A stretch of 50,811 nucleotides of DNA, the filler included, from Bipalium vagum (lineage: Eukaryota), in assembly GCA_037834085.1 (NCBI GenBank). It is 3 parts of 3 records of this genome, joined end to end, with 100 filler letters (N's around TTAATTAATTAA, not from the genome) between each part and the next. Parts side by side here need not be neighbours in the genome. Positions count along the whole stretch, not along the records: positions 1 to 16,422 come from JBBMKC010111689.1; 2 more parts are not named here. One strand, written 5' to 3'. The notes beneath the pieces were generated by a model that saw nothing but the letters and a program-made list of their open reading frames with translations, was not told the DNA's origin and did no database searches. The stretch's first letter is position 1; the number at the start of each line of letters is the position of its first letter. Below, one piece after another: positions 1 to 11,911 of the stretch. The position numbers and the translations under genes were made by a program.

Positions 1-329
1 TTATCGATTAAAAGTTTAAAAAGTTTATCGTTTATCATTTTGAAAGTTAAAAGATTTTGAAATCAGTATCACTTTTAGTAATCAACATTTTTATTGAGTT
101 TACTTCGAACGTACGCGCACTAAATCCTTCTGAATTTGCATATATTTTATGTTAAGTTCCTAAAAAGACCACTGTCGACATTCTTAACCCAATAAATATA
201 AAAAGCCCACTATCTATATTTTTAACCGATTAAATATTAATCAATACCAATTATTATTATTTATAATAAATTACCTTTTTAAACCTCTCGTCTTTTTAAA
301 ACTTAACAGACTTTTATCAAAAATATCTC

Positions 330-607
330 ATGTCCAGTAGTTTTGGGATGCAAAAGTTATTACCAAGACCCATTATATTTCGGAAATCGCCAAATCGAAC
401 TACTACTACCTCTTGTTAGTGCTGTAAGATAATTACGAAGGAAACCAAAGAATCACGAACTCTATCTTTTCTATAACAACTTACACTTTCAAACAGCTCA
501 GTGAACTATGGACAATAGGCCTTCTGTTGGTTTTACACCCACAGTATACCTCTGACTTTGCTGCTATTGATATTTCCTTGTTTAGTCACTGGAAAAAATA
601 TTTATGA
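330..607 (+). mobile_element. Degenerate mariner transposase relic
   Basis: Manual translation gives FWDAKVI (~340-360) and VLHPQYTSDFAAIDISLFSHWKKYL* (530-607), matching the mariner VFWD..G and HPPYSPDLAPSD..LF motifs. Ends are approximate. Confidence 0.55.
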
Positions 608-2129
608 AAACAGAAAGTCGAGTTCATAAAACTAGTGCTAGATTTTTTCAAAAAATATGATTTTTCGTCTGTTCGAAATCTATAGACAGCTTCAATTTTA
701 TTATTATTTTTTAATAAGATTTTCTAAATATTCAGAAAGAAAATTAATATTCGAAAATCTTGTTTTTTTCCTGTCAAGGTACATTTTTCTGAAAACAAAC
801 ATGGCCAATAAATTAATATCTGGAGACTAAGGTGATTACCTTAGAATGTTTTTCACTGAAGACATATGCTATGAGAGCCACATGGGGAGGACCTTTTTAT
901 ATATGGATTTATGTATGTATTTGGATTGATTAGATCAGTAATAATTCATTTCATCATTCAATAATTTCTTTCATGCCGCGAAGAGTTGAAAGTTTCGTGC
1001 AGTGTCGTGGATCCTACACTCGCTATTAACAATCGATATTTTATTCATATTGTATATTGTGTATTTTAATAAAGTTTATGAATTCTGATCCATTTACCAA
1101 ATTTTACAACTTTTTATTTCTGAATATAAACCCTTTTTCAATCTTGGTACTATTTAATGACCACCACTGTATACTGTAGAGCCTCATCAACGCCCGGAAA
1201 TTACTGAAGTGAGTGCACCTGTAAGATTATGAACATTGTTCTTCAAATCTCGTTATTAAACAATAATAATGTGATTTTGGGTGCCTGTCTTGCCATGTTC
1301 TTGTATCATATCTGAGAATTTTTGGCTGGACGTTCGTTTTCCTAAGAGATTCAAACAAGAGCTACTGAGATGGATATATTGTAATTTGATTTTCCACATG
1401 AAAGACAGACTGTATGATATTATGAGAAAGTACTAATGAAAATAATTTTACAATTTCCTCAATTTTTATGATTAATGTTGTTTGGCTCCATATACAGTCT
1501 GAATTCCGTGACCTGACCTTTTGATCACAGACATTTTTCGATGGTAAAATGCGAATAAATCGGAAAATTAACCATAGAAAAAAAATATTCTTCTGGTAAT
1601 TACAAAATTAAGAAATATTATAGTGGAATTTGATGAGATTAAATAATAAAAACTACTTTTGGCTCTTTATATACCTTCAAGCCTTATTGCTACATTACTT
1701 CGATTTGGCTATGTAAGACATTTTTCAGCATGCAGTTCAGCTGCACATTAATGAACATACGATGTGTTGTTAGTATTTAACGAACCAGATCTCATCTGTA
1801 AATGATGTGCATGATCAACCATTTATTGTTCTGTCTTCTTAAGCTTTCATTCAATTTAATGTCGACCACTATATTCTTTAATCACTGTTTTCGAGAGATC
1901 ATTGTCAATCAGCTAATTGAGGACATTTGTAAACGTTTTGCTATGCCCTCATCAAATTTGAAGTCTTATATATGTTCAAGAATGAAAATCCAATGAATCC
2001 TTTATTAGACTATCAAAAGCTTCCGTAAATTCAAAATCCGTACAAACCACAATGCAATTATGCAAAAAATTACAAAAACTCTTAATTTATTATCTTTAAA
2101 AATAAGAACCGTTTTTATGTTCAACATTT

Positions 2130-2995
2130 TGCCATATTCGTTCTTTTTTGTACATTGCACCATTCTGTAGACTTTGAAACAAAGAACGTTCTTCTATATT
2201 TTCCTACTTCTTCAAGATTAACAAACTGCTGTCCTCTCAAAAACTGCTTCATCGATCTAAAAAATCTGAGGGTGCCAGGTCTGGTGTATCAGGAAGATAA
2301 GGTACAAGTTCAATCCCACCAAGTGTAGTAAATTTATCTTGTGATAAACGTGTCCGGTAAGTTAACGTATTGTCAAGTTGATAAAACAGTCGCTTCCTAT
2401 TGATTAAACTTGAATATTTTCTTTTCAAAATTTCATTGACTCTGTCAAGATGTTCAAGGTATAGCTGGGCCTTCACACCACAACCATCTGGTAAAAACTA
2501 AACATGACTTACACCAAACAATGATCATTACTCTTTTCCAAAATCGATTCTTCTGAACAGTTGTTGAAGGAGGTTGATCATGTTACTTCCAATAGTTACT
2601 TTCCCTTGATTAAGAAGATTGATCCATTTTTATCCGAATTAACAATGCGACACAAAAACATGTAGGATTTCGCAAAAGATTTTACAGATTTTCAAGGGGC
2701 CTGAGTTCTGATAACTCATACTGATGTAATCTAGGTCTATTATATTTGTATCAAAGTTTTCCCAGGTATTGATTAATGGTGTCTTTCGATAGCTCAATCA
2801 TTGTAAATAAGCCGCATGTGGAGACAAGTTGGTGATCAATAAATGCTTCATGTGGAAACCTTCATTTATCTTCCTTGGCGAAGCTTATATTCGAGACTAG
2901 TATCTCCGTTTTGAAACTTATTTAACCAATATCAGACTGCGTTATAGGCAACTATATTTTCTCCTTCAATATCCCAAATTGATATTAAAAATATT
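2130..2995 (-). mobile_element. Degenerate mariner element (5' end interrupted by repeat family A)
   Basis: ORF 2249-2476 contains PYLPDTPDLAPSDF. Near 2870-2935 the minus strand reads YWLNKFQNGDTSLEYKLRQGR (mariner WF.KF..GD.SLED..RSGR). Many stops and frameshifts. Confidence 0.8.
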
Positions 2996-3016
2996 TATTT
3001 TGTTACGCTACTAAAT

Positions 3017-3790
3017 TATTATGAACTTTGTCGCAACACTTATCTTGTAAAGTTTACTGACCCCTTCACTTTGTCAAAATGTGTTCACAAATGAATGAAT
3101 CTAAGCAAGTACAAATAACTACAAACAACTTTGTTTGAATTATCATAATTACAACCACAATCACAATATCTTAATAGTCAAATGTCTCAACAAATGCTAC
3201 AAAATTAAAAATCAAGAATAATAGAAATCAATCAATAATCAAATAATATCAATTAATAAATAGAATCAAATGCTTAATCAAAATATCAATAAAATTAAAG
3301 GTTAATTTTAAACAGAAAAGTAAAAAGAAAAACAACGATACTCTCGACGACTGGTCAAAAGGGGTGTCTGCTGAGCCCAACCCGGTTTGATCAGAAACCC
3401 CTTAATAGCACAGGACCCATCGTAAGTTCCTGTCACATAATTGAGGGCGTAAATATAATATTCACTGATAAAATGTTGCAGTTTTCTTTCGAAGTAAGAA
3501 TTCTACAAGGAATTTTTGTGGCAATCCATTGGAGATCCCAAATCCTTTTATACTATTCTGATCAAACGGCTAATCAGTCGTAGACGAGCTTGATTAATGG
3601 TGAATGTCGATTCCTTTTTAGATCGTTAATTCTAAATCGGTCCCTCCTTGTGAAGCCTGATCTAATCTTGGAAATTTATCTTCGCCATTATCAAGATTAT
3701 ATCTTTTTTAGAAAATAATAAATTACTATTTATATTATCAATTACCCTTTAATTAAGTTTGTACTTTTTAATTAATTATAATTATTATCT
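3017..3790. repeat. Dispersed repeat family A, copy 1 (unclassified; LTR-like or non-autonomous element)
   Basis: Colinear similarity over ~780 bp to 32565-33350, e.g. TATGAACTYTGTCGCAAC, AAAGTTTACTGACCCCTTCACTTT and AGCACAGGACCCRTCGTAAGYTCCTGTC. Ends in an (ATT)n tract. Confidence 0.8.
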
Positions 3791-3807
3791 AATTATTATT
3801 ATTAATA

Positions 3808-3851
<44 letters not shown>
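3770..3851. repeat. (ATT)n microsatellite
   Basis: Directly visible trinucleotide run. Confidence 0.95.
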
Positions 3852-3852
<1 letters not shown>

Positions 3853-3974
3853 GTAAGAAATATTATTGAGATTATTTAAATGTGATTTTTTATTAATAAT
3901 TAATGAATATTATAATTCTAATTTGGCTGAATATATTTTCCAAAACCTATTGATTTCTGTTTGCTCTTGTCTAG

Positions 3975-6251
3975 ATAGGACTAAACAAAAAAACAGAAAT
4001 AGATTTCATTCCCTTATTGCCTTTGACCGGTTATTTTTTCCTTTTGGGAGATAATGTTCTTCCTTATGCTGTATCAGGTTTAAATCAGGTAACCATGGCA
4101 ATCTCCAAAGTTGGCAAAGGAAAGATCGGATTTATTGCAAATGAGAATTATATCAGTGAAAATTTTAATGAGTATATGAAGGATTTTTACGCTCGAGTAT
4201 ATGGGAACGAGGAGCAAAAGGAGGAAGAACCTTCAATTGTACAAATTGATGAACAAAATCTTGTAAAAATAAAAAATGATATATCGTCTAACAGTAACGT
4301 TTCAAGATATCTAGCTCTTTGGAACTCTCACAAAGGATTTCAAGAAATACCGACGGATGATTTGCTTGCACTCGTCCATGAAGGACTACGACTTGTGATA
4401 GCTATCAAACCTTGGTCGTACGATTATTATGTTGAAAAACTTTACCGTTCGAATATAAAATCGTTGTTTATAGCCGGAGGCCTGTGGCCTTCTTTGAAGT
4501 TCGTTAAAAACAAGATGAAAATATTGAAAAGTTTCCAATATGAATCTCTACCTCTGACATATCTGTTAGACTACGCGCTGACAGGAATGAAACATTTGGT
4601 TCGGGTCTCAGATATTATATCTGATATACTTCAGAATATACCTCAGTCGGATCGGTCTTTCCACAAATTATACGATCCACTTAAATATAAAGTTTCGCTT
4701 TTATTTTCCAGATTCCTTCATTTTACGAGATCCCTCACACCCTGTTTGAAGAGACCCTTGTCAAATAAGTATAATTCAAAGAGGAAATTTCTAAAAATGA
4801 TAAATGTCATTCTTTTAAACCCCCTGGGGAACAAATTTACAGCTCCTGGTGTTTCCTTTTATCCTGGCACAATAGTGAGTGGAGGTACCATCTCTGTAGT
4901 CTCTGTGATATTAGACCTGAACATTCAATTTTCTAATGAAGTCATATATTTGGGGTATTATCTTCCCCCTGGGCATGTAATGACAGTGAATGCTTTGATT
5001 GCAAAATCACCCTTTTGTCGCCTACATATTAATTTCCATTTGCTGGATGTTTGGGACCGGGAGTCTTGGATGAAATGGCCTGGAGTAAAGTTCGATTATA
5101 AGATTCTCTCCAATGAACAGTTGAGCATTTCATTTGCATTTGGAGGATTACTATCTCTTTCATGTGAGGAAAACAATGACAGGGTACGTTTATCATTGTC
5201 AGGTGTTGTAACATCTCCCACGTTTGACAGTCGAAACAGGCGAACGTATAACACTTGGAAACGTGAACAGTCTCACACTGTTCCCTGGGTGGTTTTGGCA
5301 AACGATGTTGCAGTTTTCGTTTTACCCGTCATTTCTCTGAGAAATTTACAGGATCCGTCTTCAATAATGACCACATGGAATTTTATGATAAAACAACAGT
5401 TTCATTTAAAGGGTCGAGATGTTAGAAAGCACCGTCGAGAATTGATCTCAACAGACATTCAGCTGGTGGAAGGGTATATGCATAGCGGATATCCGATTGG
5501 AACCCAGATGAAATCTGTTGTCAATCCGAGAGATATCAGAAACTATTTACTGGCAAATGATTATATTAGAAAAAACGGAAACTGGGGTCTGCTTCACGAA
5601 GTCGGTCACAATTTACAGGACCCTTTATTTACTTTCGCAGGTACTGAAGAGGTGACAAATAATATATTTACACTAGTAGCCATTGAGACCCTAACGTGTA
5701 TTGACAGCTGGTCGAAAACAACAGGTTGGGTCAAGGATGGAAATATCTCAGAATTCATAAGTTACATAAACGATGGAAAGTTTGAAGATTGGAAAACGAA
5801 CACTTATTTGGCACTAGGCATTTATGCTCAATTGAAGGATAATTTCGGCTGGGAATTATACAGACAGATATTTCGAAAGTATCACAGTTTGAATAGAACC
5901 CAACTAATAGTTAATGAAACAATCAGCGATAGGGAATGTATTCAATTGTGGATAAGAGAAACGTCGAGATTAACAAAATTGAATTTGATTCCCCTCTATG
6001 AACTGTGGAGAATCCCAGTCGACTACAGAACTGTGGAAGAGTTAAAAATTTATCCGTCTTTTCTTCCTCAAGATTTCTTAACGGAAATGGTAAATGAAAC
6101 CGTTTATAAAATAATTGCAAAATACGGAGGCTTAGAGACTGTATTGAGGAAACCAAAGGAAATATCCATCACTGTTGGACCACTTGTCAATCCATCTAAA
6201 ATAACAGGAAAACCATCAATTATTGGCATGGAAACTGTGGAATCTGATTGA
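3975..6251 (+). CDS. Peptidase M60-like / TCAF (FAM115)-family zinc metallopeptidase, large terminal exon
   Basis: The 744-aa ORF has DIQLVEGYMHSGYPI, WGLLHEVGHNLQ (HEXXH) and GTEEVTNNIF (third ligand E), the M60 gluzincin signature. Its N-terminus resembles TCAF (LLGDNVLP..V..NQV.MA.SKVGKG). The frame is open back to a polypyrimidine+TAG acceptor at 3972-3974, so the true start is probably on an unidentified upstream exon. Confidence 0.9.
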   Translation: MGLNKKTEIDFIPLLPLTGYFFLLGDNVLPYAVSGLNQVTMAISKVGKGKIGFIANENYISENFNEYMKDFYARVYGNEEQKEEEPSIVQIDEQNLVKIKNDISSNSNVSRYLALWNSHKGFQEIPTDDLLALVHEGLRLVIAIKPWSYDYYVEKLYRSNIKSLFIAGGLWPSLKFVKNKMKILKSFQYESLPLTYLLDYALTGMKHLVRVSDIISDILQNIPQSDRSFHKLYDPLKYKVSLLFSRFLHFTRSLTPCLKRPLSNKYNSKRKFLKMINVILLNPLGNKFTAPGVSFYPGTIVSGGTISVVSVILDLNIQFSNEVIYLGYYLPPGHVMTVNALIAKSPFCRLHINFHLLDVWDRESWMKWPGVKFDYKILSNEQLSISFAFGGLLSLSCEENNDRVRLSLSGVVTSPTFDSRNRRTYNTWKREQSHTVPWVVLANDVAVFVLPVISLRNLQDPSSIMTTWNFMIKQQFHLKGRDVRKHRRELISTDIQLVEGYMHSGYPIGTQMKSVVNPRDIRNYLLANDYIRKNGNWGLLHEVGHNLQDPLFTFAGTEEVTNNIFTLVAIETLTCIDSWSKTTGWVKDGNISEFISYINDGKFEDWKTNTYLALGIYAQLKDNFGWELYRQIFRKYHSLNRTQLIVNETISDRECIQLWIRETSRLTKLNLIPLYELWRIPVDYRTVEELKIYPSFLPQDFLTEMVNETVYKIIAKYGGLETVLRKPKEISITVGPLVNPSKITGKPSIIGMETVESD

Positions 6252-6799
6252 TAGATTATGTTTTCGTTTTGGAATTATGAATGAATTTGTGCGAGTAAAT
6301 TGCAAAAAAAATAATTGTTCGGATTTTTTTGTAATTTTACTTTTGACCTTAGATCAACAGTTGGATCAGATCTGCTAGATTGAATAAATTTAATTAATCA
6401 AAAATTAATCTAGCCTATATAAAGGATAATTATTTAAAGTCTGAGTGAGATAGATCGATTTTGATTATCTAAATTTAATTAAGATTAAAAATACCCTCAA
6501 CCTTTTCCTTATCAAGGTAGAATTCTCTCATAATATGAAGCATGACAATTTTTTAATTCAATTATTTTATACATTGTTACTGTAACATTTCTCAATCATT
6601 TTATCACATGAATCAATTCATTTCACATATAATTAAATCCTTTTCTCAATTCATATTTGTGAAATGATTTGATTATTATTATATGTTTAAATTATATATT
6701 TAATTATATTTTTATATTATATTATTATTTATATTTTATATAGACTACATTTTTTTAGTTTTTAATTACCTATCATTTTTATTATTGTTAGGTCATTCA

Positions 6800-7660
6800 A
6801 AAAGTAAAAATTAATTGTATTTTAAAATAAGTGTAACATCAAAGTACACATTTACATTAGTAAATATATTCACCTTCTGTTTCAACACATCTCCGCCACC
6901 CTTCTTTCTATGATGTGAAAACATTCTCATAAAAATGGCCATCTTGCATTTTGCACCATAATTTGACAGACCAGAATCAAATATAAAAAAAATCAATAGA
7001 ATCAAAAATAAAAATAGGTGCTTCTTTAAATTACTAAATAAGTAAAAATCAGATGGTACCAGATCCAGACTGTACAGCGGATGTGGCATTAAATGCCAAT
7101 GGAAACTGTCAATCATATCTGATGTCATATGAGAAGAATGAGGTCATGCATTATCATGGTGCATGATAATTTGTTGACCATCTAAATTCTTTCTTTTATC
7201 TTTAAATGTCTGACAATATCGTCCAGGGTTGATTGTCCTATTCTTTGCCAGAAAATCGATTAGGATTATGCCTTCTTGTCCCAGAAAAATGTTGTCATAA
7301 TCTTTTCACATGCTCTCAAGATTCAGGACTGTTCCATTCTAAACTTGTCTCTAGATAGTGAGAGTATGTGATAGTACTGTGATTAATGTTCTATCATAAG
7401 TAATAACACCTTTATATAGATCTTTTCCATTCGTTTTTTCTTCATTACATCAGTTAACAATTCAGAAACCCATTGTGAAGCACGTTTCTTGAATCCTAAT
7501 TGCTGAGTTACAGAATAAACACTTCCAAATGATATTCCTACTGATACTGATAATTCTATCATGGTAATATGATGGTACGCTGGGATTAAGTCCTTGATAA
7601 GTTCTGAGTTTGACTCGTTTCAACTGCTACATGACCCTCCACTTTTATGTCTGTCTAAAA
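6800..7660 (-). mobile_element. Degenerate mariner transposase
   Basis: HHDNA*PH, WHLMPHPLYSLDLVPSDFYLFSNLKKHL and FWDK/GIILIDFL motifs, frameshifted. Confidence 0.85.
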
Positions 7661-7962
7661 CATTAAATTCATATTTATATGTTTCTTTTTAGTTTCTAAT
7701 TTAATTATTTTTACCAATTATTCATGATTTATTAAATTTGTGGAGTACAATTAAAATATTTGTTTGATTCAAAATCATCACTTCAATCAAGATAAAAAAT
7801 TCATTTATATTTTTGTGCACATATTAGTATCAGCAATTAGTATCTATGATACACTTTTGGGGAAATAATCTCAGTTCTGGGAAAGTTCAGATTACCTGCG
7901 TATCACATATACGGGCCTTCCTGAGATGAAAGCAAATTAGAGAGAAATTGTTGGTGATATTA

Positions 7963-9146
7963 TTGGGTTGTCAAGCATGAAATTTGTAGGTCATACATTG
8001 TCAAGTTTAACAGCTGATTATTTGACAATGGCTTCATATTTTAGCACCGGTTTTTTAGAAAGTTATATTTTTCGCCTGTTAAACAAATCAATATAATCTT
8101 TAAATAATAAAAAATATTTCTTTTAATACTCAAGTTATTTGAAAATGGAAGAAGCAGAAATGCAAATCATCATGAAATATGAAATTTTACTCGGAACTCC
8201 AGCATCTCAAACCGAGCGAAATATTAATGGAATATTTGGCTGCAACTACGCAGCACATCGTGGCAAACTGCTTTGCTAAATTTTGAAAAGGTCAATTTTT
8301 TCTCACAAATGAGGCACGTGGGCGCCCAGAACCAAAGGTCTGTAATGACTACTAAAGGTCACCGTTGAGTCTGACTTATCTCAAAGCGTCCATAAATTAT
8401 CCTTGAGGTTTAGTATCAGTAAATAAAAAATTTTATTTCAAATACACAAAGTGAAAAAGTTTGATAAATTGGTTTCACATGAACTTAATGAAAAGCAGAA
8501 ATTAAAGCGTTTGGAAACTTGTTTGGTGCTATTTTTTCGTCACAAATTTGATTCATTTTTGAATCGTGTCGTCACTTGTGACGAAAAATGGATTAAATAT
8601 GATAATCCCAAACGTTCAGCACAAAGGCTGGAAAAGGATGAAGCACCAAAGCACACTTCATAACTTAAAATTCATCAAAAGAAGCTGATGGTGAGTTTTG
8701 GGTGGTATCATTCATTTTGATTTCATGAAGCCTAGATTATCGATTACGGTAGAAGTCTACTGCAAGCAATTGGACGATATGATGGAAAACTTAAAGAAAA
8801 ACACCCTAATAGATTGACTCTTATCTTAATGCATGACAACACTAGACCACACACTACACAAATAACTGACAAAACTTCAGAAATTGGAGTGGAAAATTCC
8901 TCATCCTCCATACTCACTAGATATGGCTCCCACAGACTACCATTTATTTCGAATTCAATTCTGATCATGCTGTACAATTGGCCTTCCGGGAATTCATTAA
9001 CTCCCGTCCACCGGGTTTTATACAACCTGTATAAACAAGCTGTCGCTTAAATGACAAAATTGCACAGACTTCGATGATTAAATTTATTCTGTTTGTATTT
9101 TATCAATAAGCTTGTTTTTTAACAAATTTCATACTTGACGATCCAA
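7963..9146 (+). mobile_element. Near full-length defective mariner with both TIRs and TA flanks
   Basis: Left TIR TTGGGTTGTCAAGCATGAAATTTG (7963-7986) and right TIR CAAATTTCATACTTGACGATCCAA (9123-9146), each flanked by TA. Transposase starts at ATG 8145 (MEEAEMQIIMKYE) with VVTCDEKWIKYDN and LMHDNTRPHT, broken by frameshifts. Confidence 0.92.
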
Positions 9147-9859
9147 TATAATGAAATTTGGAATATTGCTTGACCAAGAATTTGGAAAATTCGAACCGTT
9201 GTCAACTATTTCATTTTTATTATTTTTTCATCTTTTATTAATGCATTTTATCGAAATTTAATTGAAACGTGCTGACGGAAAAAATTTTTCGACATCTAAA
9301 CAATAGACAAATTGAGTTCGATTCAGGTGTTACCTTTTGATCATGAGGTGTTGTTTGATTAATACTTACACTTCTTGATAGTTATATTTTAATAAATTTT
9401 ACTGTTGCTATTCGTTATTTTTGTTTGTTCATATGATTATTGTATAACCTAACCATAATAGGTAGTGAATCAGGTATTAGTGACAGGATAATATGAAAAT
9501 AATTACAAAACCAAAGACAATTAATAATTAAACTAGTCCATAGATAAATCCTGAACCAATAGGAACAAAAAGAATGGAATTTCATCTTTATAGAAAACCA
9601 AAATCGTTTAACTTACGTAGACTATCTGTTTTAGTCAAATTCATAACACTGAAAAACCATCATTTTCTCTTATCAATAGTGGAGAATATCCATAAACAAA
9701 AATATTCTGCAAATAATGGATGTTTTTTAAGAACTTGGAACTGGAATTTAGTAAAAAGTAAAGTATGGAATAAATCATTTTTTATATTTAGTCTGACAAA
9801 TGAATCATTTCTTAACTAGAATTCTTAATTAAATTTATTGAAATTATATGAATAAAAAT

Positions 9860-10680
9860 ACCCATCGCATCAAGTTTTTAAGAAAGTCATCAGTTTTGTT
9901 TACTACATTACTGCAAATCTGGAGTCAAATCTTCAAAGCTTCGATAACAGAATATTTATTTCATTGATTCACTTCATCATCAAAAGAAGTTAAAATTACA
10001 CAATATAAATTTAATTAACAATACGTGTTTAGTAATATTTATTTTTCTTACCTTCCTTTGTCTTGAAAAGATTTATATCAGGTACCCGATCTTTTCATTT
10101 TGCAAAAAATCTATTGCAAGTAAGTTCAATCTTCCCAAATCGATTGAAGCCAATAATTTTAGGTAATTTTATTATGCGCTGAGAAGAGTTATTTTTAATC
10201 ACTGGTTCAAATACCTAATAGGTCAAATTTAATGAAAAATATTTGATTAATAAAATATTCAAATAGAAAAAAATTATTATTTACGCTAATATAAACAATA
10301 CTGACTAAAAGCAAAATCCCAATACGTAAAACTTAAAGAAATTAATAAAAAAATTTAATTAAAATTACTTTTTTCGGTTTAGTCAATTAACCAATAAATT
10401 TATAATTTTACCTTTCGAAAATCTTGAGAAGACAAAGATTTTACTGAAAACTTCCTTTTCCTCATCAAATTTTATGATATTCATTACAGAAAAGAATTTC
10501 TCTCAATTCCATTGTTACGAAATGAAAATAGAAGATTGTTATTAAATAATAAAAATTATTTCAAATTTAATATTAACTCACTTTTAACGTCAGATGTTAT
10601 TTGGAGAAAAAGATATAAAGAACCCGCATTGCGACAAAATACATTAGACACTTATAAACAATGGTTTTCTAAACTAAATA
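9860..10680 (-). pseudogene. Spliced-looking minus-strand locus without a long intact ORF (unprocessed pseudogene or lncRNA)
   Basis: Canonical donors at ~10581 (GTGAGT), ~10411 (AG|GTAAAA) and ~10051 (AG|GTAAG), plus an acceptor near 10215, delimit exon-like blocks that contain in-frame stops. Confidence 0.35.
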
Positions 10681-11059
10681 TCTATACAAATTCAATATTT
10701 TTGAGCTAACTTAAAAGAACCATAAATCCATAAATAAAATCAAAGTTCATTGGACCTAAAACAAGTTAAATTCCTTTCCAATCCTTGGAATATTTTTAAA
10801 ATTTCCATTTATTGACTTTGTAATCCCTTTGACATTTATTCAACATACAAAAAACAATAAATCACAATTACATTTTAATTAATCAATAATTTGTCGACTG
10901 ATGTGGATCGGTCATCGTTTCACACTCAATTCGAAGCGTAAAAATAAATCAGAAAATCGACAAATTTAACATTTACACTACAAACTTTAAAAAATCGGTA
11001 ATATATATTTTTTTTCCAAAAAATTATCAAACGACATTGATAATAATCCTCTTCACATT

Positions 11060-11160
11060 TTACGACTCGGGACGTAAACGGGCCGAATGACGTCAGCGTC
11101 GGAAATTGTATAATTGGTAATAAATCGGTGTTCCTTCCCTTTCCCCTGAAACGAAAGTAG
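11060..11160. promoter_or_regulatory. CpG-rich patch with a perfect CRE (TGACGTCA, 11088-11095)
   Basis: Locally GC/CpG-rich sequence in an AT-rich background with a full palindromic CREB/ATF site. Function is inferred only. Confidence 0.3.
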
Positions 11161-11911
11161 TAATTTTAGTAAAATTTGTATCAAACCGTCGATCTCTCTT
11201 TCATTGTGACTTTAATCCAATTATCCGTCAATTTCATCACACCACCCTACAACATTAAACAGATAAATAAATTACAGAAAATATCAATATTGTCCAAACT
11301 GTTACATTACTGTCCCAACTTTTCATTATTTTTAAACGACACAGCCCACAATTCAAATATTTTAGATATTTTCTCTTAGTTTTTATTACACAAATCATGT
11401 TTTAATCAATAATTAATCAATCACAGAACCGTCAAAAATATTCTTTCAAATTTTAGTTCTCAACAGAATAAGAAACTTGTTCAATCTAATATTTTAAGTT
11501 GACATTAAAAAAATTTTTATTAAAAAAATCATTAAATATTAAATAATTTCTATTCAAATATTCAAAATAATCAATATTTTAAAAAAATTACAAGATTAAT
11601 CAAAATAACACGAATTTTTTTTCTCAATGAATATAAATTTTATTTTTAAATACAAATTTTAACAATCATGCGACTATTCACGATGAGTTTAACACGTATA
11701 TAAAATTTTTTTTTCATCGAAACGTTTTGATTGGTTATTTTTTTGTGGATTTTTCAATACGATATTTTCTAAAGTCAATATGAAATGCATTTTTGATAAA
11801 TAGATGCTATTTTAACAAATCAGCACCTACATTAATATTAATGCGCGCGCTTCGCTGTCTATTTCTCTCTCTCTCAATCTCTCTTCATCTCTCGGCCTCA
11901 CTTGTTTTCTG

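Noticed and set aside
3395-3450. Twister-ribozyme-like words (TAA, GGACCC..AAG, GAGGG) in repeat A, and CCGGTCCCAA at ~14337
   Set aside because: P2 cannot form, and loop lengths and order do not fit the twister consensus.
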